From contig NC_043003.1 of the NCBI RefSeq assembly GCF_006345805.1, forward strand, positions 89,900,001-89,964,000: a stretch of DNA of 64,000 nucleotides, given 5' to 3'. Origin of the DNA: Octopus sinensis. Taxonomy: Eukaryota. The notes under the pieces were generated by a model. It saw nothing but the letters and a program-made list of their open reading frames with translations. It had not been told where the DNA came from and made no database searches. Of the stretch, positions 52,994 through 63,077 are shown in pieces. How positions within the stretch are numbered: the stretch's first letter is position 1; the number at the start of each line of letters is the position of its first letter. The translations under genes were made by a program, and so were the position numbers.

Positions 52994-55912
52994 CACACAA
53001 TGAAACACATTTCTGTGCCAAAAATAGATTTTTCCTTTGCAATTTCTGGCAGTCCAGTTTTCCATCTGCCTTTTTTTGTGTGCAAAAATAAGGGGTTTGC
53101 AGCATATTAGGAGGTCAGGATACTTGATTCCATGTAAAAAATCCAAGTTTTTTTTCTTTTTCTTAGTGAAAATCGTGCAGGTGAAAGAATCAAATAATAT
53201 CTTATTTTTTGCCTCCATGGTTCCTAAGAAAATAGATAGTAAAAGTGCTAAGCATCATGCTATAGCGCTGGACGATAAACTGGCCAGGGTAAAATGCCAT
53301 GAAATGGTGAAAAATTGTAACAATTGCATGATCTTTTAGGATGAGTCAGACAACTGTGTCAATGATTGTACATAATAAAGATAAGGTTTTAGGACATATC
53401 AAATCTGAAACCCCTGGGATGAAGAACACTGTCATCAATAAGAAAAGAGGCAACATCTTTGAAGAAATGGAAAGTCTTCTTTCTCTTTGGATTGTTAGGT
53501 TGAATCATCAGTGTGTTGCTATTAGTCAAGAATTCATTCAAGAGAAAGCATTGTCTTTGTTTGAGGACCTGAAGGAAAAGTATCCAGATGAGAAAGATTT
53601 AGAGTTCAAGGCAAGTCAAGGATGGTTCATGAGATTTAAGGAGAGAAGAAATTATCACTCCATTAAGAAGCAAGGTGAAAGTGCATCAGCTGATGACCAA
53701 GCAGCAGCGGAATTTCCTTATGCATTCATCAAAGAAAACAGTTTCTTCCCGAACAGATTATTAACGTAGACGAAATTGGATTGTGTTGGAAAAAATTGCC
53801 AGACTTTCATTCATTTCCAAGGAGAAAACTATTCCAGGTTGCAAGGTCTCATAAGAACATGTGACCATTATGTTGGGAGGTAATTGTGCAGGAGATTTTA
53901 AGTTAAAGCCATTGCTTGTGTATCATGCACACAACCCCTGTGCCCTGAAGGACATATCCAAGGCATCTCTCCCTGTTATATGGATGGATAATTCAAAAGC
54001 ATGGGTTTATTGTTGCTGTTTTTGAAGATTGGCTCTTCAATCATTTTATCCCAGCAACAGAGAAGTACTGTAAGGAGAAGGGGATTCCTTTTAAGGTTTT
54101 ACTTCTCTTAGATAGTGTTCCTGGCCACCTGCAAAACATCATAGATTTTTACCCCAACGTTACCGTTGTAAACCTCCCTCTGAACACCATGTCTCTTCTG
54201 CAGCCAATGGATCAGGGAATAACTGCTATCTTCAAGTGTTACTATATGAAGTAAAATAAAGAAGAGGAAGTCGAACCTGAGCCACATCACTTTACCATTA
54301 AAAAAATGCAGCAAGCATTTGCATATATTAAAAAAGTCTTTCTATGTTCAAGGATATGGATTCAAATGCTCAATGCTTTTCCAAGATTATGGGGGCTCCT
54401 TATAATGTAATCCTTGAGGAGAAAAAGAAGACAGTTTAAGGAACTCTGAACCGGTTTTTAAGTGCATTGAACAAGAACAGCCAGAGTCAGCTGTTGATGT
54501 TGACGATCCACAACCATCTGCATGTAAACTTCCAAGTTGTATGTACGTATTGGTAAATTTAAAATTATTATTTTTTTTTTTTATTGTAAAATAATAATTA
54601 CTGAATTTGTTATTTAGCTTAAAAAAGGCTTTTATTTTCCCATGTCTTATTGCAAACCGCATTCATAAATATAGTGTCCGCGATGTATGGTAAACACTTC
54701 CAAATTGTATTCGTAAATTTAGATTACTTTTTTTTTACTGTACTGTATTATTCAAAATGCATTCATAAATAAAGTACAGACCTGGAAATGGTCGTTATTG
54801 GTTTAGCCTAGAGGCAAGTAAATTCGACCTAGCCTAGTCTAGAGACAAGTTAATTCGACTTAAGTCATGTCTCCTGGGACCAATTAGCAATGTAGGGTGA
54901 GGTATGCCTATATATATATATATTTATATTTATATTTACTTTAATTTTGGTAAAAACCTTGTAACATTCATTTAAGAGCTCTTACGTCATTATTTGGCTA
55001 CCACATTTTATCCTACAGTTGGGTATATTCCAGTGCTGGCTACACATATGGGATTCCTCTTTGTATATGATTAATACAAGAATAATATAACACAAGGATG
55101 GAGGATATCAGGCCTTAATAGTAGATCACAGAATTTGTTTCTGCACCACACACTAGCTTTAAGTGGCTAAATTTATATTCATTTACCATTAGGGAAGAGC
55201 ATTTTTTATAATGATTATTTACAAAGGCGGGATAGGTGTTCTCATCTTGTTTATTATAAATCCGTCCATTATAAATGATACTCTTTTACTCTTTAACTTG
55301 TTTCAGTCATTTGACTGTGGCCATACTGGACTTATTCTTTGTAAGCCTAGTTCTTATTCTATCGGTCTTTTTTGCTGAACCGCTAAGTTACGGGGACGTA
55401 AACACACCGGCATCAGTTGTCAAGCGATGTTGTGGTCACACACACACACACATATATATATACGTATATACGACGGGCTTCTTTCAGTTTCTGTCTACCA
55501 AATCCACTCAAGTCTTTGGTCAGCCTGAGGCTATAGCAGAAGACACTTGCCCAAGGTGCCATGCAGTGGGACTGAACCCGGAACCATGTGGTTGGCAAGC
55601 AAGCCACCCACCACACACCCACTTCTACGCCTATGATGTACATAATTCCTCATCTCAAAAAATATAGAGTAATGATTATGTAGTTCAATATTTTCAGCTA
55701 CAGCTGTGTGTGGGCACTTCGTCAGGTAGAATAGGATTAATTCCTGTTTTGGATCTTTCTGAATACTCTGGGTATATGATGAAAATTTCTTTCAGCCAAT
55801 CAAATTATGAGATTCCAGAGGACACAAGCATAAACACATAAGTAATATTACAATAATACCACCAACAACGTGCATGTGTGTATGTATTTGTGTGTGTGTG
55901 TGTGTATGTATG

Positions 55913-55956
<44 letters not shown>

Positions 55957-56664
55957 ATATATCATCATCATCATCATTTAACGTCCGCTTTCCATGCTAG
56001 CATGGGTTGGACGGTTCAACTGGGGTCTGGGGAGCCCGAAAGCTGCACCAGTCCAGTCAGATCTGGCAGTGTTTCTACAGCTGGATGCCCTTCCTAACGC
56101 CAATATATACATACATAATTAATGAAACATATATCAGAAAAGATACACACTCTACATACAGGTAATACCCCACTTCACAAGACCCCGAGTTAATGAGTTT
56201 TATTTTTCAGCTCACTTTTGTATGGTGAGCTGAAATTTTTCAAGTACAAGATTCAAATTTTGAACAAAGTGCAAAAGTTTCTACCACCATAACAACTGCT
56301 TCTGCGTGTTACTGCGAAATGTATAGTGAGCAAGAAAAAGCTTCTTCTAACTCAAGACTTTTGTGTGGGGTTCAGAAAACGGTTACAATGATAATATTTT
56401 TATTATAAATTATCTTGATATTCTTTTTACCTTACATAAAATATTTTTTACATTCTACTATTGTTTTATTGCAATTTATTTAGGAATATTATAAATTGTA
56501 TAGGTAAAATATTTCTCTGGGAACAAATGATTTATAACATTGCTATTATGGGAAATTATTGCTCTGCTTTATGAGTTTTCACTTTACAAGCAGTCTCTGG
56601 GAACAAATCAATTCTTATATCGAGGCATTACTGTATATATATATATATATAGATACATACATAC

Positions 56665-56747
<83 letters not shown>

Positions 56748-59700
56748 CACTAGCTGTTGGACCCGGTATTGGTCGTGTTTTCCATGTTGAAGTTAAGCCC
56801 ACTTCTGACCTTGTATTGAAATCTTCTACATTTCCCTTGCCAACTATTACCCATTAAGATGTTATATCTGGTTTGGCATTGATTTCACCCGGTTAACACT
56901 TTCAACATACTCCTACATAGTGGACCGTCTGAAATCGCAGTCAAACTTATGGGTGTACATTGACCCGTTGAGAGTGATGTTTGTTTATTTCTCTCCCCTC
57001 TGTACAAAATTGATCAGCATGTCCAATCTCAGCAAAATCCGAAGAAAAGTGTTAAGGTTATGTCATAAAATAGAATCCATGTGACCATTTACATGAAAAT
57101 ATCCCACTGGCTTTTAAATCCCAATATATGAATAATCAATGTTTCATGTCGAAGCGCTTAATTTTACTCATGGGTCAATGTTCTTCAAAATCAGTTCATT
57201 ATTTTATTGTGAGTGAATTTTGATGATTTCTGCCTTTCGCCAGTTTAATTTTAATTCTACTACATGACTCTGACCTTAAGCTTTACCGAAATCTCAAGTT
57301 TCATGAAAATCAGATGTATTCTGTAAAAGTTACAGTATAAAATATTAATCTTATGGGTAATTGCATACAAAAAGCCTGTTGATTTCTTTAAATCCCCAAT
57401 CACGTGCAATTATCGATTTTTAGTCAACTCTTCATGCTGGCATCAACTAATGGACATGAACTGTAACCATATATAAAATTTCTAAAAAATCGATAAGAAT
57501 GTCTCTAAGGAAATGCTTATTTGCAATTGTGCCCTTTTCAAGCCCTTTTGAATGAAATAAACACCTTTACTGTCTCCCACACCACAAATTTTATCTACAT
57601 CTCAAATTTCATTAAAACTGGATAAAAAATATAAAAGTTACAGCCAAAATAAAATCTCTATGGGTATTTGCATGCAAAAAGCCTTTTTATTTTATAAAAT
57701 GACTGCTCAGGCACAATTATCGATTTTTTTGTCAACGCCATATACTGACGTCAACTCATTGCCATGAGCCTTGCTCACTCATCAATTTTCATCAAAATCA
57801 AACAAAAAATGCAAAAGCTGCAGGAAAAATAACATCGTTATGGGAATTTCCATTCAAACACCCAATTGAGCTAAAAAAAAAATCAATGCGTTTTGAACAT
57901 TATCGAGTTTTTGAAAAATTCTGGCCTTATTTGAACTTCAGGGCATGTGATCTACCTATGTGCCAAAAATCATTAAAATCGGTTGGGTGGTATGGGAGGA
58001 GTTAGAGTAACCCCAAACTCACACAGAGACACCACTACACTTTTATGTATGGCGATATATATATATAAAGTATTTATGTTTAGTTCAACCCCATATACTG
58101 AAGCTCTTAACAACTGTGATTACAAAGGAAAAGTACAATATATGAACAACAAATTTCACACAAGTAATAGAATACATAAGAATAGAAAAATGAAAAAATC
58201 ATCTGGTGTAATCTCCTCTTCGATATACAAGTCTCCACACCAATAGCTAAAATACTACAAAAACACTTCCACTCCAGCCACAAGTACTACCTTTTAATTA
58301 ACAAATGCAATGTAAAATTGTCATACTCCATCACCAGCTTTGAAAAAACTGTAGTCAATTACAGCTACCAAAAATTGTCTAAAAGTGAAAAACCTAGACT
58401 CACACACACACAGTAACAATTGAAATTGTAGAACACCTTAACTCTGCCCTCTTGAAGGAAACTGTCTCTCGAAGAATATATATATATATAGTACAGTGGT
58501 AACCATGAACACAAAAATATGGCAATTAAAATTTTTTTAAATACTCCATTTGGCATCAGTTGGAAAATGCTCTCACTTGTACAATCATAGCAAGGTAACA
58601 ACAGTCCCTGACAACTTTGTACTAATGAATCCTAGCTCATTCTAACTTTCATGGACCAAATTCTGAATTGAAACTCTATTAGTATCTTCTTGTGAGCACA
58701 AACTCTGAAAAACACTAAGACAGTTCAAACTAATAGTTTTTACTAGCAGCTAAGCTTGTTAATATCTCACCAAATCCCCTCCCCTACATACACCATAATA
58801 TACAACAAAAATACACTTTCACATCTTTACACTAAGCAAATACTCAACAATCTATCTAAAAGGTTCCCTATCTCCAACCAAAATCCTCACAAAGGTATAT
58901 ATGTGTGTGCAAGTATGTTGTAAGATTCTTTTATAATTCTTTTCTTTCTTTCCTTTTTAATTTTTAAATTGCTTTTTGTTATTACCATTTTTATACACAC
59001 CCTTTATAATGCCCCACTTTTGCATATAGAGGCCTAAGATAATACATTATAAAATATCTACATTCAAAAACAGAATTGAAGACATATTTGTAAACTCAGC
59101 CTCCATAACACACTAGGAATAAAATCTCTATTTACTAATCCAATTGTTTATAGAACAATGAACACCCTGGGTGAAACATACAGACCAACAACCACTACAC
59201 ATAACTAAATACTTTTGTGAACATCAAAGCACAAGAGAAACATTTTTCTATACTAACAATGCCATAATATGCCTGACTAATAACCACCACCTTCCAAATA
59301 AAAATAATACACTAAATAACAACAGGAAACAAGTATAGAAACTGACTGACTAAACCACCTATTTACATTCTTTTGTGAACCCCTAAAAAGTCCATTACAA
59401 ATAAGTTGACACACCCAGTTATTAAGGTTTTAAATACTAGACTTTGCACTTCTGACCCTTGCATATTCAAATTCAATAAAACCAAAATTAACTAAACCAC
59501 TAACACATCCTGTGTCTACCTAACAAAGAAACACACCTAAACATACACACTTGCTTTCAAGGCTGTACATATATGAATTAACTCTAAACAATAACATAAC
59601 ACCAAATTTAATCAATAAAAATTTATCCATAACAACCTACCCTAAAACCTAACTATAACCACACTCAAACACATACACCCAAGTAAGAACACCTTCATTC

Positions 59701-61844
59701 TGCCCTCTTGAAGGAAACTTTCTCTCAAAAAATGCCATATTTAACACAGTGGTAACCACGAACACCACACCAGATACTATATCTACATATATAGGAGCTA
59801 CAGCAAACCAGTTCAAGATACAGTGCAACCAATGCATGCACACTTTTCACAACTCAAACAGGAAAAAGATACATCACTATGTAAACATATATGGCAGTTA
59901 AAATGAAAAAGTACTCTGTTTAGCATCAACTGGCACAACAGAAATTATATAAAGCCAAAATTTACTCTAATGCATTAGTCTGATGATGGCATAACTAGCC
60001 AAAACTTCAAAGTCACAGTCAACAATATTCTTGTTTAAGAATGAGTGTGTGTGTGTGCAGTGGGATTGACCCCAAGACCACATGGTTGGGAAGCAAGTTT
60101 CTTATTCACACAGTCACACCAGTGTACACACACACACACACACCACATTAATTTTCTTTGGCTTTGTTATTAGATTTACTTCAGATAATACTAGTTTCAA
60201 TTTTAGTAGATCACTGATTGCTTTAACATAATCCACATGCAGCCTGCAGGTCTCTCTAAATGGTATGCCTAACGAGCAATTACCTTTAATTTTTTTATCA
60301 GTGTGGCCTACCTGATGAGCTATGGCTATGTCTTATGCAGCATGTTTCTCATAAAAGGTTGCTTATGTCTGCTTTAAAGAATAAATTTTACCAGTTGCTA
60401 CTGACACATTTTGGTGTCTAAAAGACAGCAACTATGAACAGTTGTTATATTGAATTAAATATTACTCATATTAATAAATAAAATCATGTTGGTTTAATGT
60501 TGTTTTTTTTGTTCCATTTTAGATTAATGGTCAGAACATTGATTGTATGTCTGCTTCTGAAGTAACCAAAATATTACAGACATGTGGAGAAATGATAATG
60601 TTAGAAATTTGGCGACAGACTGCTTCCCCTGCCAATTCAACTGGTTCTTCTCCAACACCTATCTGCCAAACCATGATTAGATCATTGCATGAACAATCTG
60701 TAATTTCTGCTGCAACCTCTGATCATTCCTGCAATGAAGCAGATAAAGATCACCTTTGGGATAGTGGCTTAGAAGAAAGCAAAGACAGTAGAAGTGTTCG
60801 GCACAGTGGTTCCCAAACCGACAGTTTGGACAGTCCACAACCTCCACATAGGAAAAGCAACAAATCTTCACATCAAAAGGAATCTGAAAATAAAAGCCGA
60901 CACAGTGCATCTGACAAGCTTTTAGAGAAAGCATGGGATTTTTTCAAAAAAGGTCGTCATAGTAAATACATTGATAAGCAAGAAAGAAATGCAGCACAAA
61001 CTGATGAAGACAAAGTAATTGCAGAATTTAACACCATGTTGAATGAGCAAGAGAATTACAATGGTCGTAAAAAAAAAGAACTTGAACATGAAAATAGTGG
61101 TACCTGGCCAAAATACAGAGGAATGCAAACCAATGTGTCTGGTCAGGGCACTGTAATAGTTTCATCACAGAAACGTAAAGACCGTCCACCATTATCTGTA
61201 ATATTACAGGACTGTGTGCCTTCATACAAATCCCCTCCTGTCCCTCCAGAAAGAACTCACTCTTCATTTGCAGCCTCCATCAGACATAGTCCTCAGAATT
61301 CTGAGGTTGGCAGACAAATGCCATCTGCAAACAGACATAGTCCTCAGAATTCTGAGATTGGGAGACAAACTCTATCTGCGAACAGTCAGACATCAAAATT
61401 GATGAAGCTGACTACATTAAATCCTTATTTAACCAAATCTGTACCCCCTCCTTCAACCAAAGACCATTTTCAGAAGAACATGTCTGATTGTAAGACATTG
61501 CCTTCTAGCCACACTCCTCTTCACTCAAGTCCAACAGCACTTGATGCAGTTTTTATTGACTCTTATTCCAAAGGTGTGCGACCAAAGTCCATACCCAATA
61601 AATATGAAAAGAAATTCCATCCTCTGCCTGCAGCTTTTAATCATGTCACAGCTCCACAGCTGAATCAAAGGCGTTCTCACCCATCTGAAATGCCTTCTTT
61701 CCATCCTTCAACACCATTCATCCCTAAAACATCATCTGTTTCGCCACCTTTACAAGATTGTGGTAATTTTCACCGACTCCCAGACAGGTTGTCTCCAGTT
61801 GTCACAAATCCACGTGCTAGAAATGCATCTAGTTATTCCAATAG
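20158..61844 (+). CDS. DLG5: Discs large homolog 5 (MAGUK scaffold), partial; 8 internal exons spliced in frame
   Basis: Splice phases are compatible across all 7 introns. The translation matches DLG5 hallmarks as I recall them: [60 protein letters not shown], two PDZ domains, SGTWPK. Confidence 0.95.
21736..22150 (-). mobile_element. Full-length SINE family A
   Basis: Minus-strand head GGCGCAGGAGTGGCTGTGTGG...GGTTCAGTCCC, 3' (GTAAAAGA)n tail; further near-full minus copies at 25371-25790, 49910-50327 and 55279-55633. Confidence 0.9.
22245..22603 (+). mobile_element. SINE family A with an internal deletion of about 65 bp
   Basis: Same head and tail as 21736-22150 in opposite orientation. 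Confidence 0.9.
23155..23600. mobile_element. Internally deleted mariner-like element
   Basis: Inverted ends sharing aaaagtattgg.actgttgcta; TA-flanked; exact termini degenerate. Confidence 0.6.
24571..24777. mobile_element. piggyBac-type MITE family A (degenerate)
   Basis: TTAA|ttctttacaatttaaacc ... gaatgctaaagga|TTGA; internal ctaccctacaatgtca shared with the 14384 copy. Confidence 0.7.
26180..26725. repeat. Unclassified interspersed repeat bounded by short (TAA)n
   Basis: Composition differs from the flanks; recognised only from memory as a common octopus repeat; single copy in this window. Confidence 0.4.
28140..29352 (-). mobile_element. Tc1-superfamily DD36E (Incomer-like) transposon, degenerate, 3' TIR missing
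   Basis: TA|CAGGGGTTGGACAAAATAATGGAAACACC TIR at 29352; [15 protein letters not shown]... HTH; D-N-A-P-I-H...NII-E with 36 residues between D and E. Confidence 0.88.
29883..30473 (-). mobile_element. Non-autonomous Helitron-like element, 591 bp
   Basis: Minus strand A|TCTATATACTAC ... hairpin TGACC-caaca-GGTCA ... CTAG|T; internal repeat atgttactttcagagtattttccca x2. Confidence 0.65.
30884..31770 (-). mobile_element. RTE 3' UTR and tail fragment
   Basis: catcatttaatatcc tail, ggatgtccttcctaatacc motif, purine-rich stretch complementary in character to 16200-16600. Confidence 0.65.
32050..32445 (-). mobile_element. RTE (Expander-like) LINE C-terminal fragment, a different lineage
   Basis: Minus frame [36 protein letters not shown]...RPRTRW. 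Confidence 0.8.
32482..32698 (+). CDS. DLG5: DLG5 exon, coiled coil
   Basis: aaaag|AT GCA CTT ... CTC AA|gtaaga; [45 protein letters not shown]. Confidence 0.95.
33639..33774 (+). CDS. DLG5: DLG5 exon, end of coiled coil
   Basis: tttcag|A GAG AAG ... GAC ATC|gtaagt; [45 protein letters not shown]. Not in the ORF track. Confidence 0.93.
34465..34730 (+). mobile_element. tRNA-derived SINE: family C head and centre with a different 3' tail
   Basis: TGGCTTAGTGG A box, gtgttcttgagcaaaacactt domain, then a tail unrelated to the 11167 copy. Confidence 0.75.
35404..35619. mobile_element. Tc1/mariner MITE nested in the RTE, 216 bp
   Basis: TA|CAAGGGGGCCATAAAATCACACAC ... GTGTGACTTTGTGGCCACCCTA|TA; the RTE reads through (gttccatc TA ctttgag) when it is removed. 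Confidence 0.85.
36863..37869. repeat. Apparently perfect 502-bp tandem duplication inside the RTE
   Basis: Identical ORF translations offset by 502 nt (37255 vs 37757); TTT microhomology at junction 37365-37367. Confidence 0.95.
38627..38754 (+). CDS. DLG5: DLG5 exon, PDZ1 N-terminal half
   Basis: attcag|AAT GGT ... TTA AA|gttagt; [42 protein letters not shown]. Confidence 0.95.
39741..40025 (-). repeat. 3' LTR preceded by polypurine tract AGGGGAGG (40026-40033)
   Basis: Shared gatatctctattcaataattcc.acgacctgtacactatga...gtgtacagattcccca.acaaca; left boundary approximate. Confidence 0.8.
44011..44289 (-). repeat. 5' LTR (TGTTG...ATAACA) followed by a PBS-like GTGGGAACAAAG at about 43999-44010
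   Basis: Aligns by eye with about 39741-40025. Confidence 0.85.
44400..44840 (-). mobile_element. RTE-BovB-like LINE fragment
   Basis: [30 protein letters not shown] and a GRPRPIFKD-like motif. Confidence 0.7.
46172..46274 (+). CDS. DLG5: DLG5 exon, PDZ1 C-terminal half
   Basis: ttatag|A GTG AAT GAT ... AAA ATG|gtatgt; [34 protein letters not shown]. Confidence 0.93.
47175..47244 (+). CDS. DLG5: DLG5 exon, PDZ1-PDZ2 junction
   Basis: tggcag|GTC ATC CGG CGA CGA AGA ... AAA G|gtaatc; [23 protein letters not shown], like vertebrate VVRRRKS. Confidence 0.9.
48292..48419. mobile_element. 128-bp Tc1/mariner MITE
   Basis: TA|CAGGATTACCATAAAGTCTG ... CAGATTTATGGTTACTCTG|TA. Confidence 0.75.
48870..49744 (-). 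mobile_element. Mariner (DD34D-type) remnant with one TIR
   Basis: TA|TGAGGTGGTATCAAAAAATTCCCAGACT; QDNNAPCH...[18 protein letters not shown]. Confidence 0.85.
51522..51625 (+). CDS. DLG5: DLG5 exon, PDZ2 core
   Basis: ttgcag|AT ATG GGA ... AGC AGT|gtaagt; [35 protein letters not shown]. Confidence 0.95.
51695..54909 (+). mobile_element. Degenerate Tigger/pogo transposon interrupted by a nested element
   Basis: CENP-B HTH ([11 protein letters not shown]...[14 protein letters not shown]), [13 protein letters not shown]; right end GAGGTATGCCTA|TA; left end approximate, with repeated TTAAGTCATTT. Confidence 0.85.
52182..53194. mobile_element. Unclassified non-autonomous element with about 115-bp TIRs, nested in the Tigger 5' region
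   Basis: 52182-52300 vs reverse complement of 53078-53194: tttgat.ctttcac.tgca.gattttca.taagaaaaag...tggaatcaagta.cctgacctcctaatatgctgcaaa..ccttatttttg. Confidence 0.85.
55962..56103 (-). mobile_element. RTE-type 3' end fragment nearly identical to 497-626
   Basis: Only about 4-5 differences over about 125 bp. Confidence 0.85.
56159..56633. mobile_element. Tigger-type MITE
   Basis: TA|CAGGTAATACCCCAC ... TATCGAGGCATTACTG|TA; internal 11-bp hairpin TTTCAGCTCAC/GTGAGCTGAAA. Confidence 0.65.
56750..58055 (-). mobile_element. Non-autonomous Helitron-like element, about 1.3 kb, inserted in (TA)n
   Basis: Minus strand A|TCGCCATACATAAAAG ... GACC-aataccg-GGTC hairpin ... CAGCTAG|T; no TSD; internal diverged repeats of about 300 bp. 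Confidence 0.75.
58070..58740 (+). mobile_element. Penelope-like element 3' fragment 1 (YIG motif deleted)
   Basis: [39 protein letters not shown]...[28 protein letters not shown]. Confidence 0.8.
59002..60020 (+). mobile_element. Penelope-like element fragment 2 with GIY-YIG endonuclease remnant
   Basis: [20 protein letters not shown]...[11 protein letters not shown]...[20 protein letters not shown]; YIG at 59788-59796. Confidence 0.85.
59974..60020 (+). ncRNA. Hammerhead ribozyme relic at the PLE 3' end
   Basis: CTGATGA-T-GGC-ataacta-GCC-AAAA(for GAAA)-CT-tcaa-AG-TC; helix I weak. Confidence 0.45.
60523..61844 (+). CDS. DLG5: DLG5 exon, 1322 nt, end of PDZ2 plus Ser/Pro-rich linker
   Basis: ttttag|ATT AAT GGT ... 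AAT AG|gtaaga; [32 protein letters not shown], then ENSGTWPK and PPVPPER. Confidence 0.93.
61281..61385 (+). repeat. In-frame 51-bp coding tandem duplication in the DLG5 linker
   Basis: [17 protein letters not shown] / [17 protein letters not shown]. Confidence 0.92.
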
Positions 61845-62458
61845 GTAAGATTTTTGGTTCCCTATTTTTGAAAGAAATAATTGCTTGGTTAGTTTGGCTA
61901 TTTTACCTTTATTTTTATGTTTCTTTTTTATTATGTTGATTTGCTTGGACAGTTTGTAGTTCAGATCAAATATCTTACAGCTAGATTCTGTTCTTGATTG
62001 GTTATGTGTATGTCTAATAGAAACATACATACATACGTTGTGTGTGTGTGTATGCTTATGATCATCTTTTTAATGCCTATGTTTCTTTGCTTGCATGGAT
62101 TAGGTGATATTTGTTGAGACAGATTTTCTATAGCCAGTTGCTCTTCTTTTCACCAACTGTCACTGTTACTAAGGCAATATTTCCCTCGTCTTTTGAGCAT
62201 AGACACTATAGTGGCTAGATGTGTTCCCACAAAAGATTGCAAACAAATGACACAGTTTGTAGAATGGTGACTTTTGTTTACAATTAGTGCTCAATGTCAA
62301 GAGAGAAAGAGAATTGGAGAGACAGAGAGAGTAACACACACACGCACACAAACTCACACATACCACAAGCTTCTTTCAGTCTGTCTACCAAATTCAGTTA
62401 CAATGTTTTGGTCAGCTTAGGAATGTAGTAGAAGATACTTGCTTAAGGTGCAATACAT

Positions 62459-62600
62459 ACCGTATTTTCCGGCATATAATTTTTCAGACCATAATTTATA
62501 ATAAAAAAAGGTAGATTGACTTAGTCACCCAAGGCGACTTTGGAGGACTGAAACTCCCATATAAAATGCAGCAGGATTTGGGAAGATAGTGACAATGTTT
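62459..62600 (+). mobile_element. pogo-like TIR end; extent uncertain
   Basis: TA|CCGTATTTTCCGGCATATAA resembles pogo-family termini; no partner end found. Confidence 0.45.
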
Positions 62601-62668
62601 GAATGCTTACACTACATGTTTACATTGTATATTTTGTTGACCCGTATACCAGAAAATACAGACAGCGC

Positions 62669-62700
<32 letters not shown>

Positions 62701-63077
62701 GTACATATTGGCATGTATGTATGTACATACTAGGCATATTTCTATTGATTTGGAAGAAGGTTGCTGACTATATGTTTCAGATAAATTATTCTGTAAGTAG
62801 CATCCACATTTCATATGTTTTGTATACTCAACACAATTTTTCAATGATAACTAATCTTATCCAATGTTCTTCCCTCTCACTTCAAATAAAAGCATTTCTT
62901 CTGATGACATTTTGGCAGTTGTCATCAATCACTGCTTTCTTCTCCTGCTTTATCTTCAAATTATATATAAAACTCTATCTCTCTCTCTCTCTCATCCAAA
63001 TATATAAAAATATTGCCAATATTTACAGTGTTAAGTGGAAGTAACCTCTTTCCTCCTCCTCATCATTTTAATGTTAA

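Noticed and set aside
53341-53769. 142-aa CENP-B-like ORF as a domesticated TIGD gene
   Set aside because: It is frameshifted on both sides, the DDE region has stops, and TE termini are still present.
58703-58745. CTGAAAA...CAAAC-TAA-TAGTT hammerhead-like string
   Set aside because: There are too many core mismatches, and it lies within the decayed PLE coding tail.
60312-60350. CTGATGAG hammerhead core
   Set aside because: No GAAA follows a helix II.
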